This document shows positions 29,138 through 38,308 of a stretch of 64,000 nt of DNA, one piece after another. The number at the start of each line of letters is the position of its first letter. The stretch's first letter is position 1. Source of the stretch: an uncultured bacterium. Its GTDB lineage: Bacteria; Krumholzibacteriota; Krumholzibacteriia; Krumholzibacteriales; Krumholzibacteriaceae. The stretch is from positions 704,001 to 768,000 of the forward strand of contig CAWBAN010000001.1 of NCBI GenBank assembly GCA_963786935.1, given 5' to 3'. Position numbers and translations under genes: made by a program. The notes beneath the pieces were generated by a model that saw only the letters and a program-made list of their open reading frames with translations, searched no databases and was not told where the DNA came from.

Positions 29138-30016
29138 ATGATGTTCATTAAAAGTAAGATGTCAAATGTCGATGTCTGCTTGGGTGTTCTTTTTGGGGCG
29201 TTTTCCGTCCTCTTTTCCGGTCAAGCGATCGCGCTCGAGGAGGACACGGCCTTGGTGGCGGATCCGCAGCTCGATGGCTTCCAGCTCGTGCATGTCTTTC
29301 CCCGGATCGTGCCGTTCGGGGAGGGAGAGCTTCTGACCTTTTCGATCCAGTATGGATTGATCTACGCGGGAGAGGCGACGCTCGAGATCAGGAACATCGC
29401 CGGGGTCGACAGCGCGAGGGCCTACCACATCATCTCGACGGCCCGAACGAGCAGCGCGTTCGATCATGTGTTCAAGGTCCGCGACCGGCACGATTCGCTC
29501 CTCGACTACGACAACCTGTTCTCCCTCAGCTTCGAGAAGCATCTGCGCGAGGGGAAATTCAAGCGGGACGAAAAGGTCACGTTCGATCAGAAGAGGCATC
29601 TCGCGATATATCCGGACAAGCAGGTGCCGATTCCGCCGAACACGCAGGATTTCCTGAGCGCGCTCTACTACGCGAGAACGCTTCCCCTCGACGTGGGACA
29701 GGCGATCGCGATGGCGAATCACACGGGAGGCAAGAACTACCCGATCTACATCAAGGTGCTTCGCCGGGAGCGGGTGAAGGTGCCGGCGGGGGAATTCGAC
29801 TGTCTCGTCGTGGAGCCCGTTCTGCAAACGACCAGCCTGTTCGAGAACAAGGGGAAGTTGACAATATGGGTGACGGATGATACGGTCCGAATGCCCGTTT
29901 TGCTGCGGTCGAAGGTCGTGATCGGAGCCTTCGAAGCCGTTCTCAAGAGTTACCGTTTGAGCACCGCCGCGTATCGGTCCATCGAGCGAAAGGATATGCC
30001 GGGACATGCCGAGTAG
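29138..30016 (+). CDS. DUF3108 domain exported protein
   Basis: GELLTFSI, FKVRDR, QDFLSALYYAR, VPAGEF, IWVTDD. Confidence 0.8.
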   Translation: MMFIKSKMSNVDVCLGVLFGAFSVLFSGQAIALEEDTALVADPQLDGFQLVHVFPRIVPFGEGELLTFSIQYGLIYAGEATLEIRNIAGVDSARAYHIISTARTSSAFDHVFKVRDRHDSLLDYDNLFSLSFEKHLREGKFKRDEKVTFDQKRHLAIYPDKQVPIPPNTQDFLSALYYARTLPLDVGQAIAMANHTGGKNYPIYIKVLRRERVKVPAGEFDCLVVEPVLQTTSLFENKGKLTIWVTDDTVRMPVLLRSKVVIGAFEAVLKSYRLSTAAYRSIERKDMPGHAE

Positions 30017-30953
30017 GTTCGAAGAGATCGACCTCTCCCGCGTGAGGACCGTATCGGTCCGCGAGCGGGGAAGCAAGGTCGCCGTGCGGGATTTCGGGGA
30101 TCCGGTCAAAGGCGGGCGCGCGTTCGCCCGCTGGAAGGAATCCCTTCCACGGCAGCTCGCCGCGGAACGTCTCGAAACGCTCGCGCGGGCGATCAGGCGC
30201 GCGGCGGCGGGGCGAAAGGGAGAGATCGTCTGGATGATCGGCGCGCATGTCGTCAAGTGCGGTCTTTCCCGGTACCTCATCGAGCTCATGCGCAAGGGGT
30301 ACGTCACCGCGCTCGCGATGAACGGCGCGGCGGCGATCCACGATTTCGAAATCGCCTCGTTCGGCGAGACGTCCGAGGACGTCCCGGAAAGCCTCGCGCG
30401 CGGGATTTTCGGCTTCGCGCGGGAGACGGCGGACGGATGCTTCGCGGCCGTCTCAAAGGGGCGCGCGGAAGGGTGGGGGCTCGGGGAATCGCTCGGCCGC
30501 TCGCTCGGTGAATCGAAGGCGCCGAACCGGGAGAGCAGCGTTCTCGCGGCGGCGAGCCTCTTCGGCATTCCCGCAACGGTGCACGTGGCGATCGGCACCG
30601 ACATCGTGCACCAGCACCCCGGATTCGACGGCGCGGCGTGGGGAGAGCTCTCGGCGAGGGATTTCCGGATCCTCGCCGCGCGGATCGAGAGTCTCGGGCG
30701 GCAGGGGGGGGTGGCGCTCAACGTCGGCTCCGCCGTGATACTGCCCGAGGTGTTCCTGAAGGCGTTCAGCGTCGCGCGGAATCTCGGCGCTTCCTTCGAC
30801 CGCCTCACCACGTGCAACATGGATATGGCGCAGCATTACCGTCCGCGGGAGAACGTGCTCGAGCGTCCGAACGCGTTCGGCGGCACCGGCATCTCGATCA
30901 CCGGGCATCATGAAATCATGATTCCGCTCCTGTATTCGCACCTGCTCTCCTGA
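30006..30953 (+). CDS. Conserved protein with deoxyhypusine-synthase-like pattern
   Basis: GAHVVKCGL, MNGAAAIHDFE, HVAIGTDI, GSAVILPEVFLK, GHHEIMIPLL. Confidence 0.6.
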   Translation: MPSRFEEIDLSRVRTVSVRERGSKVAVRDFGDPVKGGRAFARWKESLPRQLAAERLETLARAIRRAAAGRKGEIVWMIGAHVVKCGLSRYLIELMRKGYVTALAMNGAAAIHDFEIASFGETSEDVPESLARGIFGFARETADGCFAAVSKGRAEGWGLGESLGRSLGESKAPNRESSVLAAASLFGIPATVHVAIGTDIVHQHPGFDGAAWGELSARDFRILAARIESLGRQGGVALNVGSAVILPEVFLKAFSVARNLGASFDRLTTCNMDMAQHYRPRENVLERPNAFGGTGISITGHHEIMIPLLYSHLLS

Positions 30954-30957
30954 AGCC

Positions 30958-32226
30958 ATGAATCGAAAGCTCCTCTTCGTAATCGTCGCGCTCGGCCTCG
31001 CGGCGCGCGCCCTGTTCTGGCTCGAGGTGACGGGGCCGTCCGCGCCGCTTCGCGGCGACGAGATCGACTACGACGCGCTCGCGAGATCACTCGCCTCGGG
31101 GCGCGGATTCGCCGTCGCCGCGGGCGAGCCGACCGCGTCGCGCCCGCCGCTCTATCCGGCGTTCCTCGCCGGGATCTACCGGATCACGGGCTGCCGGACG
31201 GAGGCGGGGAAGATCGTCCAGATTCTGCTCGGCGCCGCGATCGTGTTCCTGACCTATCTGCTCGCGCGCCGGCTCTTCACGGAAAACGCGGCGCTCGCCG
31301 CGGCGGCGATCGCCGCGCTCGATCCGTCGCTCATCTTCATCAGCTCGTATCTGCTCGCGGAGAATCTGTACATCGTTCTCCTGCTCTCGTTCCTCGCGCT
31401 TTTCGCCCGCGCGGCGACCTCCCCGCTCTCGTTCGGCGCCTGCGGGGCGGGGGGCATTCTGCTCGGGCTCGCGAGCCTCGCGCGTCCGAACGCGTTCCCG
31501 TTCGCGGTGTTCGCGGCCTGCGCCTTCGCGCTCTTCGGCGCGGGCGCGCGCGGAGCGCGGATCGCGAAATCGGCGCTTCTCCTCGCGGCGGTCTTCGCCG
31601 CGCTCGCGCCGTGGGCGGCGCGCAACGAGAGGCGGCTCGGCGCGCCCGTTCTCTTCACGACGCACGGCGGCATCACCTTCTATCAGGGGAACAACCGGAT
31701 CGCGTTCGACGAGCCGACCTACCGGGGGACCGTCGCGCCGCTCGCGGCGCTTCCGGGATGGGACCGGATCAAAGGAATGGGCGAGGTCGAGGGAGATACG
31801 GAAGCGCGACGGCTCGGAACGGAATTCGTGCGGGAAAATCCCGGCCGCTTCATCCGGATGGCCGGCTGGCGGTTCCTGCGGTTCTGGCGCTTCTCGGGAG
31901 ACGCGCCGTTCAGCGGCGTGAAGAGCGGTTGGTGGTGGGACAAGGGGCGGGGGCTCGGCTCGCTCGCGAGCTCCCTGGACGTCGTCTTCCTGTTCTCCGT
32001 CGCGATCATCCCGCTGTTCGTCGTCGGGCTGCTCCTGACGGCGCGGCGCGCCCGGGAGCTCGCCGATCTCCACGGCGTCATTCTCGTGCATACGGCGACC
32101 GCGATGATCTTCTTCGGATCGCTCCGATCGCGGATGGGAGTCGAGCCCGTGATCGCCGTTTTCGCCGGTTTCTGCGCGATGCGGCTTCTCGCCGTGATCC
32201 GGCGGAGAGACGATCCGAGCTGGTGA
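30958..32226 (+). CDS. GT-C fold glycosyltransferase (ArnT/PMT-like)
   Basis: GDEIDY, RPPLYPAFL, LAENL, ARP, PWxxRN; many TM helices. Confidence 0.82.
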   Translation: MNRKLLFVIVALGLAARALFWLEVTGPSAPLRGDEIDYDALARSLASGRGFAVAAGEPTASRPPLYPAFLAGIYRITGCRTEAGKIVQILLGAAIVFLTYLLARRLFTENAALAAAAIAALDPSLIFISSYLLAENLYIVLLLSFLALFARAATSPLSFGACGAGGILLGLASLARPNAFPFAVFAACAFALFGAGARGARIAKSALLLAAVFAALAPWAARNERRLGAPVLFTTHGGITFYQGNNRIAFDEPTYRGTVAPLAALPGWDRIKGMGEVEGDTEARRLGTEFVRENPGRFIRMAGWRFLRFWRFSGDAPFSGVKSGWWWDKGRGLGSLASSLDVVFLFSVAIIPLFVVGLLLTARRARELADLHGVILVHTATAMIFFGSLRSRMGVEPVIAVFAGFCAMRLLAVIRRRDDPSW

Positions 32227-32287
32227 TGCTCGGCGACCGCATTTCCGAGCGGACGGCGCCGCGAACGGGGCGGACGCATTTTGCTGA

Positions 32288-32317
32288 TTGACAAGATAGG
32301 CCGTTTTGTGATAGTAT
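32288..32317 (+). promoter_or_regulatory. Sigma70-type promoter of the EPS locus
   Basis: TTGACA-N18-TAGTAT with TGn extension. Confidence 0.55.
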
Positions 32318-32481
32318 TTGGCTGTCGAAGGAGGATCGTAAAGAGCGTTTGCTATAGGAATCTTGCTTTGAAGCACAGAGGCTAACACCTGCCCGCTTTG
32401 AAGTAATGTTTTTATGGCAAACGTTTTGTTTTGCCCGGGCAGGTCGATCGCCCGGGTTTTTTAGTGGCTATGGAGGCAACA

Positions 32482-33171
32482 ATGGCTGGATCCCCGGAAC
32501 TGCAAGAAGCGGTATACAGCAAGGAGCCGGCTGCGAGCATCGTCGAAATCAACATGGCCCGAGGGAGCCGATGCTACGCCGTTGTGAAGAGGGGCACGGA
32601 TATCGCGGTCGCCGTCTTCCTCCTGACGCTCTTTCTTCCCCTCATCCCGGTCGTGACGATTCTCATCAAGCTTGATTCACCCGGCCCTATCTTCTTCAGG
32701 CAGAAGCGCGTCGGCAAGAACGGCCGTGTGTTCGATTTCTTCAAGTTCCGCTCGATGGTCAGCGGCGCCGAGGACGTCATCGGGGCGCTCCGGCCCCTCA
32801 GCAGCGTCGACGGCCCCGTTTTCAAGATCAAGGAAGATCCGCGCGTCACACGCGTCGGGCGCTTCCTGCGGCGTTCGAGCCTCGACGAGCTGCCGCAGCT
32901 CTTGAACGTGATCAAGGGGGAAATGAGCATCGTCGGACCGCGGCCCAATCTCCCCTCGGAAGTGTCACAGTACCTGCCCTGGCAACGGCGGCGTCTCGAA
33001 GTGACGCCGGGAATCACCTGTTTCTGGCAGATCGCCGGACGCAGCCATATCGGCTTCCAGGAATGGATGCGTCTCGATCTCGAGTACGTGCGTAAGCGAA
33101 GCTATATCACGGACCTCAAGATCATGCTCAAAACAGTTCCTGCCGTGATTGCCAGGAAGGGAGCCTACTGA
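32482..33171 (+). CDS. Priming polyprenyl-phosphate sugar transferase
   Basis: KRGTD, SPGPIFFRQKRVG, KFRSM, DPRVTRVG, SLDELPQL, GEMSIVGPRP, PGIT. Confidence 0.93.
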   Translation: MAGSPELQEAVYSKEPAASIVEINMARGSRCYAVVKRGTDIAVAVFLLTLFLPLIPVVTILIKLDSPGPIFFRQKRVGKNGRVFDFFKFRSMVSGAEDVIGALRPLSSVDGPVFKIKEDPRVTRVGRFLRRSSLDELPQLLNVIKGEMSIVGPRPNLPSEVSQYLPWQRRRLEVTPGITCFWQIAGRSHIGFQEWMRLDLEYVRKRSYITDLKIMLKTVPAVIARKGAY

Positions 33172-33177
33172 TCTCCC

Positions 33178-33240
33178 GGGCATACAACTTGCATTTAAAC
33201 AAATTGACAGAGTTCGCCCTTGCATGTAGATTTTTCTACA
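33178..33240 (+). promoter_or_regulatory. Composite promoter region upstream of wza
   Basis: GGGCATACAACTTGCA (sigma54-like), TTGACA-N17-TAGATT and palindrome TGTAGA-N4-TCTACA. Confidence 0.55.
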
Positions 33241-33294
33241 AATGCTTGCAATTGCAGGCATAAGTGCGGATTCTCTGCGGAGTGAAGGCGGATC

Positions 33295-34086
33295 ATGAAT
33301 AGTCGGGGCGCACACATTCTGGCCGTCGCCGGTCTGTCCTGCTTCATCCTCATGGGGTGCGCGGGGGCGGGGAGCCGCTACATTTCGAATCAAGACGGAA
33401 AGGTGGAGCGCGGAAAGCTCATCCTCGATTCCATTCCCGTGCGGCCGGAGCCGGAGGAATACGTCGTCGGGCACGGGGATGCGATTGATATTCTCTTTCT
33501 CTACAATACCGATCTCAACCAGATCGAGCTCAAGGTCAGGCCGGACGGGAAGATCTCGCTCCCGTACGTGGGGGACGTTCTCGCCGCGGGAAAGCCGGTT
33601 TCCGTCCTCGACAGCATTCTCACGGCGCGATACTCCGAGATCATCCTGGATCCCGATATCACCGTCGTCATGCGGAATTTCCGGCCGGAAGTCGTGTACA
33701 CGCTCGGAGAGGTCCGGAATCCGGGCGGCTACGATTTCAACAGCGGCATGACCCTCCTCAACGCCCTGACGCTCTGCGGCGGTCCGGACAAGAGCGCGAA
33801 GCGGAGCGAGGTCCTCGTCATCAGACGGATCGCGCCCGACCATATCATCGGCATCCAGGTCAACATCGACGACCTGCTGTCCCGAAAGCATTTCGAGCTC
33901 GATGTTCCGCTTCAGGCGTACGACATCGTCTACGTGCCGAAATCGAGCATCGCGCGCGGGCAGGATTTCATGATCGCCCTCAAAGACCTTTTGATGAATC
34001 CGGCCGATCTCTACCTGAAGGGATGGCAGGTCGCCAACGTGCAGATCCTCTACGACTATTATACGCGGACGGGGGGTGTGTACTGA
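33295..34086 (+). CDS. wza: Polysaccharide export lipoprotein
   Basis: LMGC lipobox, YVVGHGD, VRPDGKISLPYVG, GEVRNPG. Confidence 0.88.
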   Translation: MNSRGAHILAVAGLSCFILMGCAGAGSRYISNQDGKVERGKLILDSIPVRPEPEEYVVGHGDAIDILFLYNTDLNQIELKVRPDGKISLPYVGDVLAAGKPVSVLDSILTARYSEIILDPDITVVMRNFRPEVVYTLGEVRNPGGYDFNSGMTLLNALTLCGGPDKSAKRSEVLVIRRIAPDHIIGIQVNIDDLLSRKHFELDVPLQAYDIVYVPKSSIARGQDFMIALKDLLMNPADLYLKGWQVANVQILYDYYTRTGGVY

Positions 34087-34092
34087 GGGCCT

Positions 34093-35456
34093 ATGGAAAC
34101 GTTCGAGGCGAAGAAAGAGTCGACGGTAAAGGATTTCCTCGAGGTCATCTTCCGCCGGAAGTGGATCATCCTCGGTATCGTCGTCGTTTCCACGGCGATC
34201 GTCGTCATCATCAACATGGGGAAACCGGCCGAGTACGAATCGAGCGCGAAGGTGCTCATCAAGCGCGGCGAGGCGCCGGGCGTGTTCGATCGAGGCGTCC
34301 GGACCCTGGATTGGGAAGAGGAAATCGCCTCGCAGATCGAAATGGTCAAATCGCAAACGGTCGCCTCGAATGCGCAGGGCATGGTGTCGAAGTTCTTTCC
34401 CGCGGGATATACGACTGACCGGAAGATCCTGCTCACGAAGATCAACGCCGGGGTCGTCACGACGTCGAACGTGATCTGGGTCACGTACGGATCGGACGAT
34501 CCTGTGTTCGTCGAGGCCGCGGTCAACGCGATCGTCACGGCCTACCGGGCGTACTACAGCAACATCAAGACCCCTCCCGAGATGGAGGATTTCTTCTCGC
34601 AGGAGATCGAGCGGCTCCAGGAGGAGATGGAATATTGGCGTGAGCACAAGGAAAAGGTGCTCAAGGAAGGGGATATCCTCGACATCACCGACCAGCGGCG
34701 AAACCTGCTCACCCGGATCGTCGGCTACCAGAACGAGGTGGACCAGGTCGGCCGGGAGCGCAGCGAGAAGGAAGCGGTGATCGAGCGGCTCGACAGTCTC
34801 CTCGGCCTGCGGGTCGAGGATCTCGCGGCGATTTCGAGCGATCTGACGCAATCGGCGCTCGAGGAGCAGCTCATGAAGGAGCTCCGCGTCAAGCTGCAGG
34901 AGCTCCGGATCAAGGAGTCGGAGTACGCGGGCAAGTACACGGAAAAGAACCCGGAGATCCAGCGGGTCCGCATGCAGATCGAGGATCTGCGGGAGATGGT
35001 GCTCTCCGAGATACGGACGCAGATCCTGCTGAACAAGAACCAGCTCCAGATCATCCTCAAGAAAGAGGAGGCGCTCCGGCAGTCTCTCGCGAAAATCGAG
35101 ATCGAGAAGGCCCGCTATCCGCAGGCGGAAATCGAGCTCGAGCGGATCGACGCCGCCATGACGAAGCTCAAGAAAACGTACGATAACGTCGTCGAGCAGC
35201 AGATGGAGGCGAAGATCTCGCGCGCGAGCAATCCCGAATGGACCGTGACGATCCTCAATCCGGCGAGCCCCGCCTATCAGAAAAAGACGCGCGACTACGT
35301 GCGCATGGCCCTCGGACCGGCGTTCAGCCTCATCATCGCACTCGGGCTGGCCTTCTTCATCGACAACCTCGATCATTCGATCAAGAATATCGCGGATGCC
35401 GAGGAGAATCTCGGGCTCTCCGTGCTCGCGAGCTTCCCGAGACGGACAGGAAATGA
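34093..35456 (+). CDS. Polysaccharide co-polymerase (Wzz/Wzc periplasmic part); as sequenced reads to 35508, probable 1-nt deletion at 35436-35438
   Basis: Two TM helices flanking a long coiled coil, YTEKNPEI, LDHSIKN...LGLSVLA. Confidence 0.85.
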
Positions 35457-35462
35457 TGCCGT

Positions 35463-36311
35463 ATGTACGAGGAGTATTACGGGTTCAAGGAGCTTCCCTT
35501 CAACGTGACGCCGGATCCGCGCTTCCTCTACCGGAGCGCGAGCCACCGCGACGCGCTCGCCTATATCACGTACGGCGTGTTCCAGCGGAAGGGGTTCATC
35601 GCGGTGACGGGGGAGGTGGGCGTGGGAAAGACGACGGTGGTCGGCGCCTTCATCGATCTGTTCCAGCCCTCCCTCGAGGTCGCGTTCATCTTCTCGACGA
35701 AGTTCCCGTTCGAGCAGCTCCTCTACCTCATCTGCAGGGATTTCGGTCTCGAGGTCGAGGGCAAGAACAAGGCGCAGATGCTGCTCGCGCTCAACGATTT
35801 CCTCATCCAGCGGAACGAGGGCAATCGCAACTCGCTTCTCATCATCGACGAGGCGCAGAATCTGTCCCCCGAGGTGCTCGAGGAGCTCCGGATGCTCTCG
35901 AACCTCGAGACGCGCGACCGGAAGCTGCTCCAGATCATGCTCGTCGGGCAGCCCGAGCTCGAAATGATCCTGAACATGAACGAGATGCGGCAGCTGCGGC
36001 AGCGGATACCGGGGATCTGCCGCATATCGATGCTCAACCGCGAGGATGTCGAGAACTATATCAAGTACCGTCTCGAGATCGCGGGGGGGGAGAACGGCGG
36101 GGCGCATTTCACCGCCGATTCATTCGACGAGATCTATCACTACTCGGGAGGGATCCCGCGGCTCATCAACGTCCTGTGCGATCGGATCCTTCTCATCGGG
36201 TACGTCGCGAACACGCGCGTCATCGACGGACGAATCGTCCGCGAGGGAATACGGGATCTCACGTCTCTCGAATCGCCGGCCGGAGAACGGCGCGTGCGGC
36301 CGCGGTCGTAG
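35463..36311 (+). CDS. ExeA-family AAA ATPase of the type found in PEP-CTERM/EPS loci
   Basis: MYEEYYGFKELPF, TPDPRF, GEVGVGKTT, IIDEAQ, LVGQPEL, GIPRLIN. Confidence 0.9.
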   Translation: MYEEYYGFKELPFNVTPDPRFLYRSASHRDALAYITYGVFQRKGFIAVTGEVGVGKTTVVGAFIDLFQPSLEVAFIFSTKFPFEQLLYLICRDFGLEVEGKNKAQMLLALNDFLIQRNEGNRNSLLIIDEAQNLSPEVLEELRMLSNLETRDRKLLQIMLVGQPELEMILNMNEMRQLRQRIPGICRISMLNREDVENYIKYRLEIAGGENGGAHFTADSFDEIYHYSGGIPRLINVLCDRILLIGYVANTRVIDGRIVREGIRDLTSLESPAGERRVRPRS

Positions 36312-36336
36312 CGCCGATCGTGCGCGGGAGGTTGCA

Positions 36337-37101
36337 GTGAGCAAGATATACGACGCCCTGCGAAAAGCCGAACGCGATCGCGGACGGCCGCGCGGCAAAG
36401 CGGATCGGGCGCCCGAGGCGCCGGCGCCGCGGCTGCGGAGCGAATCGGTCCTCCTGGCGGGAATGGACGAGCAGTACCATCGCTCGCTCCTCAATCTCAA
36501 GAACGCGATCGATTCCGGGATGAAGGGGAAGGAATCGCGCGTGATCCTCTTCACGAGCGCGATCGCCGGGGAGGGAAAGACGACCATCGTCGCTTCCCTC
36601 GCGCGCGTGCTCGCGTCCGGGGAATCCTCGCGGGTGCTCCTCGTCGATTGCTCGGCGCGCGACCCGCAGCTTCACCGGCTCTTCGGGCTCGCGAACGATC
36701 GGGGCCTCGTCGATTTCCTCGCGGGGAGGGCCAAGATCAAGGACGTGATACAGACGATCGACCAGGGGGCGCTCGACATCGTGCCGGCCGGAGCGATCGG
36801 GGGTGTCGAGGGGCCCCAGATGCTCTTCGGCTCGGAGCGATTCGCGCTCTTCATCAAGGAAGCGGCCGCCGCGTACGAATACGTTCTCATCGACAGCTCG
36901 GCGATCCTCGAAGCGCCCGAAACCCCCATCATCGGCTCGCGCGCGGACGGCGTCGTGATGGTGGTCTTCGCGGGCAAGACGCGCCGCGAGGTCATCAAGC
37001 GCGCGATGCTGATGGTCGAAAAGCTCGACGGCACCTTCATCGGCACGGTTCTCAATCGGAAACGGTACTACATCCCCGAATTCATCTACAGGCGGGTATA
37101 G
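36337..37101 (+). CDS. CpsD/CapB-family tyrosine autokinase
   Basis: SKIYDAL, TSAIAGEGKTT, VLLVD, GTVLNR, C-terminal YYIPEFIY. Confidence 0.88.
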   Translation: MSKIYDALRKAERDRGRPRGKADRAPEAPAPRLRSESVLLAGMDEQYHRSLLNLKNAIDSGMKGKESRVILFTSAIAGEGKTTIVASLARVLASGESSRVLLVDCSARDPQLHRLFGLANDRGLVDFLAGRAKIKDVIQTIDQGALDIVPAGAIGGVEGPQMLFGSERFALFIKEAAAAYEYVLIDSSAILEAPETPIIGSRADGVVMVVFAGKTRREVIKRAMLMVEKLDGTFIGTVLNRKRYYIPEFIYRRV

Positions 37102-37109
37102 ATCACACG

Positions 37110-38305
37110 GTGGAACGATCCCGCGCGTGGTGGCATGATCGATCGAGAGCGTTTCTCTCGGAATGCGCCCGCCTCGTCGAACGCCGCGTCGGCGGCGACG
37201 CGAGCGAATCGGTGTTTGTGTGCGGGAGCTTCGCGTCGGGAGACGAGTCCGTCGTTCTCGAAACGGATCCTCCCGTGCTGCTCTCGGACGTCGATCTCGT
37301 CGTGATCGTGAAATCGCTCCAAACCCTTCTCGAATGGAGCGGCCGCCGGGCGGAGCTCGGCGCGGCGTGCGAGGAGCTCTGGCCCGACATCCGGTTCTCG
37401 GGCCGGGTCGACGTCGGGATGATGCTCGCGCGCGACCTCGCCGCGATGCCGGCCAAGCCGGGCGTCTACGACATGCGCGCGCGGGGACGGGTGCTCGCGG
37501 GCGATCCGGCGATTCTCGGGCGCATTCCCGCGTACGCGCCGGCGGACATCACGGCGCGCGAGGCGGTCGTACTCGTCGAGAACAGAGGCGTCTCGCTCCT
37601 CGGCGCGCGCCCCGGGACACGTCGGGAAGCGGACGTGGAACCGTACGCGTTTCCCTATCTGATCGCGCGCGCGTACACCGATATCGCGGCCGCGGCGCTC
37701 TCGATCGCGGGGGCCTACGTTCCCGGCTACGCCGTCCGCGCGCGTCTCGTGAGGGAAATGGCCGGCCCCGGCGGGAACGGAATGGTCGCCGCGCTGGTCG
37801 GCGACGCGCTCGTCGACCGGATCGTGCGCTGGACGGCCTACAAGCTCGAGCCGTCGCTCGCGACGGCGGGGCTCGACCGGGAATCGCGCGCCGTCGAGAC
37901 GATCTGGGCGGCGGCGGCGGCGGATCTCGTCGAATTCTGGAAGCGGGCGCGGAGCGCCGAGCGGGATGCTGCGCGCGGCGCGGCAATCGGCGGCGGAAGG
38001 GCGGGACGGGGGGGAATACGGCTCGACCATCTGCGCGCGTGGAAAACGTATCTCGCGAATTCGAGCGCGCCGAAGCGGCTCGCGCTCGTCGCGGCGCTCG
38101 GGAGCACGCTCTTCGTTCGAACCCCCTTCGACGTGGTGCGCGAGGAAGGGATGCGGCTCCTCGATCATCGCGTCGCGTTCGGGGCCGCGGTTCCGGTGCG
38201 CGCGCCGCGCGCCGGATTCCCGCATCGCGGGGGGACTGGAATCGGGCGGCGGGGGAGATCTGCGCCGCGTGGAACGGGTTCGTATTCGGGCGCGCGGGAG
38301 GATGA
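37110..38305 (+). CDS. Pol-beta-superfamily nucleotidyltransferase-like protein; as sequenced reads to 38330, probable 1-nt deletion in G6 at 38229-38234
   Basis: VFVCGSFASGD...SDVDLVVIV and RVDVG; fills the gap between kinase and phosphodiesterase genes. Confidence 0.6.
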
Positions 38306-38308
38306 TCC

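Noticed and set aside
35463..36311. ExeA-like ATPase as evidence of a type II secretion system
   Set aside because: No other T2SS genes; position between co-polymerase and kinase is typical of EPS loci
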